Shown in pieces: positions 10,023-20,014 of a DNA stretch of 64,000 nt. This DNA is from Corallochytrium limacisporum Hawaii. Its lineage: Eukaryota > Protista > Pluriformea. Positions within the stretch are counted from its first letter, which is position 1, and each line of letters opens with the position of its first letter. The notes beneath the pieces are model-generated. The model saw only the letters and a list, made by a program, of their open reading frames with translations. It was not told the DNA's origin and ran no database searches. The stretch lies in the NCBI GenBank assembly GCA_002811645.1, contig PDIP01000010.1, positions 239,842 through 303,841 of the forward strand, read 5' to 3'. Position numbers and translations under genes: made by a program.

Positions 10023-12281
10023 ATGTCGGGGAGTCTGTACCAGTTGAGTAGAACCCTCCAGGGACATGAACAGGATGTCCGATGCTGCTGTGGTAGTACA
10101 AGTGGCGACGTTGCCACCGGTTCACGGGATCAGTCTGTTCGCCTCTGGACCGCAAGTGATGGCAAGGAAGTCCGCAAACTGTCGCATCACCAAGGATTTG
10201 TATACAGTGTCTCTACCAGCGGGCCCGCTGACGAATATCCAAGTGGTGTCCTACTCACTACAGGCCAGGACAAACTCGGATATGTCTTTGACCTCTTTCA
10301 GGCAGATGAGAACCCTTTATTCGTATTAATCGGACATTCGGAAGCAGTGTGCAGTAGCGATGTGTATGTGGATCAAGGAACGGGCCAGGTAATGAGCGCC
10401 ACAGGGTCGTGGGATTGTTCTGCCAAAGTGTGGGATGGAGCAACTTGTATCGCCACGTTTGCGCACCAACTCAGTGTCTGGGATGTTTGCTTGATTCCTG
10501 CCAAAGATCACCCGTCAGGCGAACTGACCCTGCTCACGGCCTGTGCGGACAAAATGATCCGACGTTTTAGTGTAAAGGGTCAAACTTGTGTCCAGACCTA
10601 TGCACAACATGATGATGCTGTCCGCGGGCTTGTGCATGTGCCTGGTCTTGGCTTTGCAAGCTGCTCCAACGACGCAAAGATTGTGCTCTGGGCCCATGAC
10701 GGTGCTATTCTTAAGGAGTTCCATGGTCATACATCGTTCATCTACTCGATTGATTTACTCCCCGATGGTTTGCGCCTGGTAAGCGGTGGCGAAGACCGGA
10801 CCATGCGCCTGTGGGACATTGAGAGTGGCAACTGTACTCAAATCGTTCACGTACCCGCCGTGTCCGTATGGTGCGTGAGCGCACTGAAGAACGGAGACAT
10901 TGTCCAGGGTAGCAGCGACGGATTGGCGCGCATCTTCACCCAGGAGGCCAATCGAATCGCCCCTGCAGCAGAGCGGGAGACCTACGAAGCGAGTCTGAAG
11001 GCGCAGGAAATGACTCACAACGAATTTAATGATATTGACTTCAATTCCCTGCCCGGATTCGAAGCACTGAGCAAACCAGGAGAACGTGAGGGCCAGACCA
11101 AACTGATCAAGCAAGACGACAAAGTGGTTGCCTACCAATGGCTGGCCAGCCAGAAGACGTGGCAGGAAATGGGTCAGGTAGTGGACAGTGTCGGACAAAA
11201 GAAAAAGCAGCTATACAACGGTAAAGAATACGACTACGTTTTTGATGTGGACATTGGCCAGGGCCGGTTCGCGAAACTACCTGTGAACTCTGGTGAGGAT
11301 CCCTACAAAGCTGCAGAACGTTTCATTAAGGAACAAGGGCTAACTGAGGCGTATCTAGAACAGATCGTTGAATTCGTTAAGGAGAACGCCAAGGCCGCTG
11401 GCGGAGGACCAACAATCACACAAACGACTGCCGGATCGACACAAGCAAACCATACACCGCTGCCTCCGAAGAAAGATGCCCCAATTCCCAACATGACCTT
11501 CGTCAAGTTCTCCAAGGCAAACTTTGACGGCCTACTGAGCAAGTACCAGGAGTTGGAAGCAGGACAGGGTCCCTCAGACGCAAGCAAGCTTGTGAACAAT
11601 CTGATGGAAAGCTTCAAGGCCAAGTCTGTGACGGAGCGAGACTTCAGGGAAGGGTTTAAGAATGGTGTCATCCCCGTTCTCAAGTCGTGGCCAACGGACA
11701 AGCTCTTCCCAGTGATTGATTTCTTGCGGATTGCTTTACTCGAGGATGGTCTTTGCCTGACTGTCGCTGCATGTTTGACGGAAGACATTCTCACCGATCT
11801 GACTTCAGCACACATGTGCGCATCTAGCCCGACACCGCTGTTGCTATGTTTGTTGCGCATGCTTTGCAATCTGTCGGGAGTTCCCTTCGGCCGTAACCAA
11901 CTGCTTAAGTGCGGGGATGCGATACTGCCGTCAGTGGTCAGTCTAAACGAGCAAGACAATCGGAATCTTGCTCTTTCCAAGGTATCGCTGCTGCTGAACT
12001 ACTCTATCATGATCTACCTCCGTGATTTGTCTGGTCCGGTGATCACTAAGGCATGTGAGGACATGGTTACGCAACTCGTCGATCACATCAACAGGAACAT
12101 TGACGAAGAGGTGACCTATCGTGCAATGGTGACACTTGGACACATTGTCTTGGTCAACAGACCCCTCGGTCGGGCTAGTCGTGAGCAGGCTGTGGTCACT
12201 GGGCTTCGCAAACTGCAAGAAAATGGTCCTGCCCGGCTTGCGGAGTGTGCCTTTGTATTGGAGAAAGCAGTCAACCAGTAG
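10023..12281 (+). CDS. PLAA: Phospholipase A2-activating protein/Doa1/Ufd3 (WD40-PFU-PUL)
   Basis: WD40 repeats (GHEQDVR, GHTSFIYS), PFU motif YNGKEYDYVFDVDI, PUL motif WPTDKLFPVIDFLR. Confidence 0.95.
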   Translation: MSGSLYQLSRTLQGHEQDVRCCCGSTSGDVATGSRDQSVRLWTASDGKEVRKLSHHQGFVYSVSTSGPADEYPSGVLLTTGQDKLGYVFDLFQADENPLFVLIGHSEAVCSSDVYVDQGTGQVMSATGSWDCSAKVWDGATCIATFAHQLSVWDVCLIPAKDHPSGELTLLTACADKMIRRFSVKGQTCVQTYAQHDDAVRGLVHVPGLGFASCSNDAKIVLWAHDGAILKEFHGHTSFIYSIDLLPDGLRLVSGGEDRTMRLWDIESGNCTQIVHVPAVSVWCVSALKNGDIVQGSSDGLARIFTQEANRIAPAAERETYEASLKAQEMTHNEFNDIDFNSLPGFEALSKPGEREGQTKLIKQDDKVVAYQWLASQKTWQEMGQVVDSVGQKKKQLYNGKEYDYVFDVDIGQGRFAKLPVNSGEDPYKAAERFIKEQGLTEAYLEQIVEFVKENAKAAGGGPTITQTTAGSTQANHTPLPPKKDAPIPNMTFVKFSKANFDGLLSKYQELEAGQGPSDASKLVNNLMESFKAKSVTERDFREGFKNGVIPVLKSWPTDKLFPVIDFLRIALLEDGLCLTVAACLTEDILTDLTSAHMCASSPTPLLLCLLRMLCNLSGVPFGRNQLLKCGDAILPSVVSLNEQDNRNLALSKVSLLLNYSIMIYLRDLSGPVITKACEDMVTQLVDHINRNIDEEVTYRAMVTLGHIVLVNRPLGRASREQAVVTGLRKLQENGPARLAECAFVLEKAVNQ

Positions 12282-12415
12282 ATTTCTGATACGTGGCGAA
12301 ACTCAGGTGATGTATTGACCCTGAAACTTAGTACATTAGGACGAGTGTGCATGAGCACCAGAAACAGATCTTTAGCAAATACAGCCCCACGTTCACATGT
12401 GAGAACACAGCATAT

Positions 12416-12671
12416 TTATTCAGTGACGTCAGGCGTGTGCGTCTCCTCTCCATCGTAGAATGCGTTGCCCGACTTGGTACAAATGTCCAGAAGATGTTGA
12501 TGCTCGGCCTTCAGGTCCTCGTTTCCCCGTTCAATCTCGCGAATCCTTCTGTCCATGCTGCACATACTTTCTTTAGAGTATGCCTTCACCTCTTGCTCAA
12601 AGTCAGTGCCTTGTGTGGTGACATCCATGTCCTGTAGGCTCACTTTAACTTCATGCACAATTGTGAACACC
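12416..12671 (-). pseudogene. Possible decayed IFT20-like gene
   Basis: GVH[+1 frameshift]IVHEVKVSLQDMDVTTQGTDFEQEVKAY aligns without gaps to IFT20 [31 protein letters not shown]; shortened downstream. Confidence 0.45.
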
Positions 12672-12729
12672 AATCGGCCGCCCACAATGGCGAGTGTTTG
12701 GCCAGCTAAGCAAAATTGCTGAAGACCAA

Positions 12730-12784
12730 CAAAAAAAAAAAAAGAAGAAGGAGAAGGTTAGAAAAAAAGAAAAAAAAGCAAAAA
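12730..12784 (-). terminator. Oligo-T tracts downstream of tRNA-Ser (Pol III terminator)
   Basis: Several runs of four or more T on the minus strand beginning about 27 nt after the tRNA 3' end. Confidence 0.6.
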
Positions 12785-12810
12785 GAGCAAGTACACACTG
12801 TACTAAGGGA

Positions 12811-12938
12811 CGACAGCTGTGGGGTTTGAACCCACGCGGGCAAAGCCCATTGGATGACCTTTTAGTATCGCACCAGGCCAAAGGCCAAAGTGTGACAAAA
12901 ATTCAAGTCCAACCCCTTAACCACTCGGGCAAGCTAAT
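12811..12938 (-). tRNA. tRNA-Ser(UGA) with 46-nt intron (12856-12901) and mispaired acceptor positions 1-2
   Basis: D arm CCCGAGTGGTTAAGGG, anticodon stem TTGGA/TCCAA with loop CT-TGA-A, long variable arm GGGCTTTGCCC, T arm GTGGG-TTCAAAC-CCCAC, G73 discriminator, downstream oligo-T. Confidence 0.9.
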
Positions 12939-13216
12939 ACCGAGGGGCGAAAAATTAATATATGAACTACTGATAGATAAAAATATTCGCGCATGGCCGT
13001 ATGAGTATCCCGCCCACGAGGGGTTTGTGTCGCCGCTGGGAGGGCAAGTCAGTTTGGGACAGCCAGCCGCAGGACGGTCCAAGGACTGTTTCCGCTGTCC
13101 GTACTTTTTGGAACGGGGTTCTGGTGCTTAAATGATTGCAACTGCAGTGTTCAAGGCATTAGAAAAGTACTTACCATACGTACATTGTGAGGATTGATCC
13201 GGTTTTTAGAAAAGCG

Positions 13217-13573
13217 ATGGCAGAACCAGGAGTACAGCGGGTGGTGCGCTTCCTATCCAAATCCATAGAAAGCAAACCTCAGCTTGAGGCTACTACAAAT
13301 CGACTTTTGGCTCTGTTCAGCTCAGCAGCTGGGAAAGATGAGGCAAGGGACAGTACATTAGAACATGATATGGTAGATTACCACAGGCATCTGAAGGGAA
13401 ATACAGAGCACGCCCGTCTCTTGCGAACGTACTACATGCAGGATCTGATGAGTGAGAAAGAACGCACCGAAAAGGCAGCCCAGCGCGTGGGTCTGAATTT
13501 GCCAGTGACTCCGAATCTTCCGTTTGACTACGATACATCAGATGCGTCGGGCGGAGAATCAAAGAAGGAATAA
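13217..13573 (+). CDS. FMC1-like mitochondrial ATP synthase assembly factor
   Basis: 118 aa; EHARLLRTYY and ERTEKAAQRVGLNLP match the FMC1 C-terminal motif. Confidence 0.65.
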   Translation: MAEPGVQRVVRFLSKSIESKPQLEATTNRLLALFSSAAGKDEARDSTLEHDMVDYHRHLKGNTEHARLLRTYYMQDLMSEKERTEKAAQRVGLNLPVTPNLPFDYDTSDASGGESKKE

Positions 13574-13659
13574 ATGATCATCAGGATAAGAATTAAAGAA
13601 CACGTACCTTTCAAACTAATAAACAAGACTGTAAAATTTTGTAATCATCAATATAATGT

Positions 13660-15024
13660 TCAGACACGCTGAACGTAGTTTGCAGGAAACAAGCCACGAT
13701 TACCATGCAGTTGACCTTCCCACCAATCATCGTTTGATGATCCCTGTCTAAGCACGTCGATGACATCGCCCGAGTTGAAGCTCAGCTGCCAGCTCTCTGT
13801 CGCCGTGTAATCGTAGTCTGCCCGCACCACGGCTACTACCGGAACGGAGTCGTTCGTAGACACGGCCCCTGCACTGTTGTAGCCGTAGTCATAGGGTGGT
13901 GGTGGATCGGCGTGCATCGTTCCCGTGCCCCAATTCGAGCCGCCGCCCGCAGAAGCCCCTGCCGCGGCCGTCTTCATGCCGCTCAGATCGACAGTTTTAT
14001 TCGATTGGCCCATGCGGGCAGCCATGGGGCTTCTTTGTCCAATATCTGTGTCATTAGAGAAGTAGGCCTTCTGTGCCGTAGGCTGCGGTGGTTCGACTGC
14101 TGCGGTTCCAGGCAGAGGCGAAGTCTCACGGCCCCGACGACCAAAAGAAACCGGGGCACCAATCGGACGACTTGCGCCCGAAGCGCTGTGAGGGCTTGTG
14201 TCCGTCCGGGAACTGCTACCGCCCATGTTCGGCGCAGGAGGCCGGCTCGGGGCAGCGCTACCGCTGGCATTTTTGTTTGTACTGGCTGCTGCTGCAGTAC
14301 CCGCAGCTGCCGACTCCGACCCACGACCAAAGCCCTTAAACTTCGTGCCAAGGTCGCTGGCCCCACGCTCAACCTGGTTCCGTGCCTGGTGCAGCTGGCC
14401 GGACATTGGAGCTAGGCGGTTTAGTTCGGCGTACAGCATGTCCAGCTCTTCGCACTTGGGTGGGACAACGTCACCGGTCAGAATTTCCTTGGCCCTGATG
14501 CCTTCCATGTTGTAAAAGTCCTTGTTGGCATCCTTCCGTTCCATAATACCACTGCCCTCCAAGCTCACACCGACGTACGCACCAGCACTCTTGCAGTACG
14601 TGAATACGGCAGCAGTAGAGCGAATAGCGGCATCTACTTCTCCGGTACGGCCATAGGGACCCGCCGCCGCACTGAGATTGCCACCGAGGGTAACGTTACC
14701 GCCCTTGGAGAAAGCTCCCACGGCCTTGTCATTCCGCAAAATGAAAACAAAGCTGCTAATCTGAGCACCGATTTCAAACCCGCCACCAATACCACCCATA
14801 CCAATAGCTGATGGTGCGGACCAGCCCTTCGAAGTCTTCGCAATGACTAAACCACTGCCACCACGGGCAGAAAGTAAGAAACCCGTCTTCAACACAGAGA
14901 GCACGGCTATGCCCCTACAGCCTTCAAAGGCTTTCTCTGGGATCAGATTCTCAAAGTCCCGAAGGATCTTTGAGCACTTTTTCGACTCCTTTCGGAGAGA
15001 ACCTGGCACAGGGTTTTGAACCAT
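13660..15024 (-). CDS. SH3YL1: SYLF/Ysc84 domain plus C-terminal SH3 protein
   Basis: KTGFLLSARGGSGLVIA, WSAPSAIG, GGNVTLGGNLSAAAGPYGR; SH3 ADYDY...LSFNSGD...WWEG...GLFPANYV. Confidence 0.93.
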   Translation of the reverse strand: MVQNPVPGSLRKESKKCSKILRDFENLIPEKAFEGCRGIAVLSVLKTGFLLSARGGSGLVIAKTSKGWSAPSAIGMGGIGGGFEIGAQISSFVFILRNDKAVGAFSKGGNVTLGGNLSAAAGPYGRTGEVDAAIRSTAAVFTYCKSAGAYVGVSLEGSGIMERKDANKDFYNMEGIRAKEILTGDVVPPKCEELDMLYAELNRLAPMSGQLHQARNQVERGASDLGTKFKGFGRGSESAAAGTAAAASTNKNASGSAAPSRPPAPNMGGSSSRTDTSPHSASGASRPIGAPVSFGRRGRETSPLPGTAAVEPPQPTAQKAYFSNDTDIGQRSPMAARMGQSNKTVDLSGMKTAAAGASAGGGSNWGTGTMHADPPPPYDYGYNSAGAVSTNDSVPVVAVVRADYDYTATESWQLSFNSGDVIDVLRQGSSNDDWWEGQLHGNRGLFPANYVQRV

Positions 15025-15493
15025 TGTGGTGTATTCCTATCCTACGCTTTCAAGTCTTCCCTGTTCCTAATTGTGCCCAACCAACCGGTTCTCGCTGTAA
15101 CACCCTTATACACTCTCACCGCAGCATAACTGCTGCAAACCTTTCTGGAAAGTCAATCTAGGTCGACCGTCTGAAGTAACTCAAACTGATGTTCGGTCGT
15201 CACACTAAGAAGAAAGGAATGTGGCCGAAGTGACGCACTCCCAAACCTTACCCATCTCAACACGTAAACTCGACGTCAGAACCACCTCTGCCCCAGAAGA
15301 CTAGGAAGAAAAAGGAAACTCCCAGTTGGTCAACTCCCCGGGCTATGGCGACGAAGACTGGTGCGGAGTCGGGCGCGGTAGGGGTGTGGGTGGGGTGAAG
15401 GGAGACATGGGTGTTGCGTTGTTTGGTGTCCTCTCCCCCCTCCCCCCACCCTCCTCCACAAAGGAGCGAATGAGAAGACAGACTGCGGCAGGG

Positions 15494-16047
15494 GGTTTCC
15501 ACAAGTGGTTTCGCCCAATGGACACACACATTTTTTACCCGCACACACTTCCCGGCGAGTGTCTCAACCCATCCATCGCCTTTCTATAAGCTGCAGTGGG
15601 TGGAGAGAATGAGGCTGGAATCCTTCCCCTCCAACCGCCAACCCCCGGGGAAAGGTTCCAACCGCGACCGTTGATGATATGTACGCCAGGAGCAGGGGGG
15701 AGGAGAGAAAAAAATTTTCCAGTGGCACAGACACACATTCCCTGTATCCAATTGGGTCACTGGGGCCTGCCTTATTTATTCCCCCTTATCAATCTACAAT
15801 TTCAGTAGTGAATGTGTGTTGATCCCCGCGGTGTCATAGTAGCGAACAGCGTTACGCCGTGGCGCATATGCGAAGATCACTGCGATGATATGGACAGAGC
15901 AGTAACTCACTGATCGCTCGATGAATGTTTCCAACGGCTTCCCAAGAAAATGCTACAGTGACTACGTTTCGTGCGCTCGAGGTTGCAGTTAACTTTTCCA
16001 AGCCAAACCCGTAGACAATTGACCGTTTCTCTTGCACTCATTGTCAT
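15494..16047 (-). pseudogene. Decayed B9-domain ciliary transition-zone gene (B9D2/B9D1-like)
   Basis: GKFFSLLPPAPGVHIINGRGW...GGWRGRIPASF resembles B9D2 [21 protein letters not shown]...GSWREQLARAF; upstream *HRGDQHTFTT resembles WSHPIDLHFAT; stops and frameshifts throughout. Confidence 0.65.
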
Positions 16048-16435
16048 GACGCCGCGAGTGATTTACGTATATATCGGGTTCTCCTCGCTCGCTTCATGGT
16101 CGTAATTGGAGAGCCGCAACCACTTTCAACCCCTGACCACCCCTTGGTAGCTTTGCTCGGCGACATAATGCAGCGCATTGCTATTTCGAACATATAGACA
16201 GAGGCGCTTTCCCAACCGTTGCAAATTAGTAGTGGTGGCAGTTGCTCTAGTATTGGATCCTCAATCCCATCATATGGTCATTAGGGGATAACTTCACCAA
16301 AACCTTGGTGGAAAGGGGGCCGATTTTTTGGAGGGAAAATTTTGAACAAGCAAAGCTCAGGTAGAGCAGCGGTGGCCGGTCGATGTTGCATTGTCTCCGT
16401 CTATTCCAACTTGTACTACTAGTAATAATGATATG

Positions 16436-17401
16436 TCAGGCATGTAACGTGATGTTGTCGACTTTTTTGTACTGTCGGACTAAACCCTCAGTGTGCTTGC
16501 GACTGTAGATATGTTCCAAGTAGCCATCGAAGTGTAGGTTACAGACCTCACAGAAGGACGAACGATATTTGATTCCTTGCATCTGCTTCATCTGCGGCTT
16601 TGTTTCCACCCTTGGGCGCCGGATACCTGGTTCAAGGAACGGACTAAGTCCTGGTCTAACTTCAAAGTGAATGCGGGACTCTGGTGTCTCTTTCCTGGCC
16701 AAAGCAGCGTATTGTCCAGAGATGTCTTCGAGTCTAAACGACTTCCCGCTAAGGTAGACCCTCTTTAGCTTCATCTTCTGTCCGTTCTGCTCTCGGACAT
16801 GCTGCATTTCATTTTCTGTAATATTTAGAGCCCTCCACACAGCAGAGATGGAGCTCAAACGGACGCCCATGCGACGCAGTACCGCCGGGAGTTTGCCCTT
16901 CTCGACGCTTCCGGGGACCGCGGGCGGGTTTGGACAAAAGGAACATTTTGCTGCCGGAATGAAGTAAATCCGTTTGTTCGCCTTTCTGCAATTCACCGGG
17001 CTGCTCTGGTCTTTTCTTTTCAGGAACAACCCGATTTCTTTCCAAATTGCAACGTTCTTACACTGCTCCAGACACCGAACAATTACCTGCATGTCTGATT
17101 TCACATGGTCGCACACCCCCGGTCCGTCACCAAGGATATATTCCTTGCGCATTGGTCCTTTGGAAATGCGACTGTTGATCTTGAGCATTTGGAGAATAGG
17201 GTCTACCACAAGAGATGGGGGTTCTTCCATAGGAAGGTCCACATTACTCGATACTGTGGCAAGCATTTCATAGACGTCCTCCTCGTCGAGCGATTCACCG
17301 CTGCTGATCTCGACCGGGTATAAGTCCACGTCATCATCACTTTGTGTTTCCAGGCAATTTTCTACTCCAATTTCTTGGAGAAATGCTACAGGACTCTCCA
17401 T
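16436..17401 (-). CDS. DBF4: DBF4-like Cdc7 regulatory subunit
   Basis: C-terminal zf-DBF FCEVCNLHFDGYLEHIYSRKH; motif-M-like YLSGKSFRLEDISGQY; motif-N-like RRMGVRL. Confidence 0.7.
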   Translation of the reverse strand: MESPVAFLQEIGVENCLETQSDDDVDLYPVEISSGESLDEEDVYEMLATVSSNVDLPMEEPPSLVVDPILQMLKINSRISKGPMRKEYILGDGPGVCDHVKSDMQVIVRCLEQCKNVAIWKEIGLFLKRKDQSSPVNCRKANKRIYFIPAAKCSFCPNPPAVPGSVEKGKLPAVLRRMGVRLSSISAVWRALNITENEMQHVREQNGQKMKLKRVYLSGKSFRLEDISGQYAALARKETPESRIHFEVRPGLSPFLEPGIRRPRVETKPQMKQMQGIKYRSSFCEVCNLHFDGYLEHIYSRKHTEGLVRQYKKVDNITLHA

Positions 17402-17867
17402 AATCTGGTTTTGTATCCGCCGTCCCGGACTTCTGTCCTTACTTAAAAGTATGCACGCATTTACAATGAAACGGACTGCAGAGTGACGGATCTCTTCACT
17501 GACGACCTAGCTTCCCATTCTTTCAACTGTGTACCACATAAGAATTGCATATTCTTTTCAACCCAAATCATTTCATATTGATCACGAAACGGACACAACC
17601 ACATAGCGTTTGAAATAGCATCCATTTCTCATTTAAAAAACAAACTCCGAGTTCTCCTTGGAGGGGGACAGGTTTGCGGCCGTTGAGACCGCGAGGGGAG
17701 GTGGGGACTTCGCGCCCAAAACTCGCCTTTTAAACTACGGAGTGAGGCACTCAGGGGTGGCCTTGCTGTTTTCTTTCAAGGGAAGTAATACAGCGGGAGG
17801 ATAGGCTTTTAATTATCGTTGCAGTCGAATTGTATAGCTTCAATATTCCTTTCAGGGCCTGAAGGGG

Positions 17868-18872
17868 CTACACCAGGCCACCTTGTGAGATCTTGGAAGT
17901 GTACATGTTGAGGGCACGGGTGAGTTCCTCGTTCTCCTTCTTCAGAACATTTAGACGTTTCTGCAGTTCCTTGGACTGCTGCTTGGTAAGGTCGTAGTCA
18001 CGGAGTAGAGTGGCATTACCGACCAGACCATGTCTTGACTTCAGGGCTGTGGTTGAGTTGCGGAGGCGGTCCCGAGAACACTTGACACTGTTGACGGAGT
18101 CCGCTCCTCCAGCAGTTGACCCTCTACCAGGTTTAACTGTCGTCCCTTAGTGTAATTGTCCTGTTTTACGTGATGAAGTTTCTCTTTGATGTGGGTCAGA
18201 ATCTGTACATTCTGATGGATCTTCTTGCGCAGCTTACTGAGCTCTTCGTTACGTTCCCCAATCTTTTCGTTGTAGGTTTGGTTCTCAATCTTGAGCTGTT
18301 CAAAGTCAATAAGATGCAGGCCTTGCTCATCTCCTCGCTTTGCTTCAATTGAGTCTCGTACTCGTTCAGCGCACTGGTTAGGATGGCGTGCTGCAGGCTC
18401 CATTCCTTGACGGCTACGGCCTTCTCGTACTCGGCCGCGTTCATGGCACAGACCACCTTTAGTCCAATTGGTTTTCCATTCGCACTGCTAACCGACATTG
18501 CGCCAAACTCCTTGAGCCGTTGCTTGTATTCCACCTGGAGTTCTGCTATCACCTCTTGGGCCTGGTTCATGTTGCTACTGAAGCGAGACTTCTCCTGGGC
18601 GAGATCCACTCCAACTGAAGGTCTCCCGGCAGTGAGACACACACGCACATTCTGGGTGCCACAGCAGCCTTTCCCTCTTTGATCAACCGACACCTTGGGT
18701 CTCGTCCCTACCAGCTGAGTGAAGACTTCGTGACCCCACCGAACAAGTCGTCATCACCCCGAGTACCCCGGATCCGTTCCTCCCTTACCACACTATCAAT
18801 TTGCTTCCCCGATCGTTTGACGGAATTGGGTGGAAACCTGCGCTCGTACCCCCGGGAGCGTACCGCAGACAT
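17868..18872 (-). pseudogene. CCDC96: Frameshifted CCDC96/CFAP184 (DUF4201) flagellar gene
   Basis: GKPI...ETQLKQSEEMS [1-nt deletion near 18324] GLHLIDFEQLKIENQTYNEKIGERNEELSKLRKK...VQILTHIKEKL...R [1-nt deletion near 18100] DSVNSVKCSRDRLR...GLVGNATLLRDYD; TAG at 17868-17870; similarity recognisable up to about 18620, 5' boundary uncertain. Confidence 0.88.
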
Positions 18873-19216
18873 GAATGCTGGCCCTCACACTCTCGCCCTC
18901 CAGGTGGATTAAAGTGGGCCGTATGTATAATTACGCGGTCCCGTTGACATTTGATATACGCTGGTTCACTTTGTATGGAAAGGGGAGAGTTTGTTGCAGT
19001 GGGCGTCCAGGGGGAGGGTTGGGCTTTGGCGCCGGTACTTTGGGAGTGATGCGCTGTTTCAGTTTGTGAACCAGGTATCTAATGTTCATGCTCAGTAATG
19101 TGGCGGACAAGAAGTGTTTGTTTGATGTATAGTAGTACAACTAGTTGATGTCCATAGCATGCCGTAATTGGAGAACAGACGATAGCACAAAGCAAAATTG
19201 AAGTGCGCAGATCACC

Positions 19217-19792
19217 ATGACCGATAAAGAGACCGCAATATCGTATTCTCCTAAACCTTTAAGGATAGCTGTTTTGGGTCCTGCGGGCGCTGGAAAGACA
19301 TCTCTTCTGACAAGGCTGATGGAAGACAAGTTTCTGGGTAAACCTGAACACACCATTGAAGACATCTTTGAGGTCAAGTATACGAAGGGCAATACAACGC
19401 ACATTGTTCTTTTTCTTGACACAATCGGATCCAATGTAGCAGAAGCAGCGCAAACCTCGTACATCATGAAGGCGCATGGAGTGCTCTTAGTATGTGACTC
19501 GACCACAGATGACATTGCACTCCTATCGTTACACAAGCGCATGGTTAAATTGAGAGGCTCCGACATCCCCTGCCTTACCTTAGCCACAAAGAGCGACTTA
19601 CCTGCTGGAGACGAGCACAAGAAACCAAGCATATCAGGGACACTGAGAGTCAGTGCAAAAGACAACACCTCAAAGGAAATCCTCGCTCTCATTGATCCCC
19701 TGCTGGGACAGGTGATAAAGCAAGAGTGCAAGAACGCTCAAGGTCATTCGGATAGCAAGACGAAGGTACGAAAGTTCTTCGGTAAGATATAG
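19217..19792 (+). CDS. Atypical Ras-family small GTPase without CAAX
   Basis: G1 GPAGAGKTS, G2 HTIED, G3 DTIG, G4 TKSD, G5 SAK; basic tail KTKVRKFFGKI. Confidence 0.8.
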   Translation: MTDKETAISYSPKPLRIAVLGPAGAGKTSLLTRLMEDKFLGKPEHTIEDIFEVKYTKGNTTHIVLFLDTIGSNVAEAAQTSYIMKAHGVLLVCDSTTDDIALLSLHKRMVKLRGSDIPCLTLATKSDLPAGDEHKKPSISGTLRVSAKDNTSKEILALIDPLLGQVIKQECKNAQGHSDSKTKVRKFFGKI

Positions 19793-20014
19793 TAAAACCA
19801 TGTACAACCTGCAACAGCAAAGTCAATTAATTCGGAAATTCTATTATGGACCTTCTTTAGATTTGTCAATATTCTTGCAGGTGGCAAAAGTACAACGCCA
19901 AAGCAGTCACCCGATCGCAAAAGCGCAAAGAGATGATGGTTTGGAATTCCGGTCACCTGTCGAGCGTGACACGTCGCTCCTTTCCACTGTTCGGATTCTT
20001 GCCAAAAGGTTTCT

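Noticed and set aside
12694-13131. 145-aa Lys-rich plus-strand ORF
   Set aside because: Runs antisense through the tRNA and its oligo-T terminator
16240-16255. Partial RFX X-box (GTTGCTCTAGTATT) upstream of the B9 relic
   Set aside because: Only one half-site matches, and no convincing X-boxes were seen at the other relics
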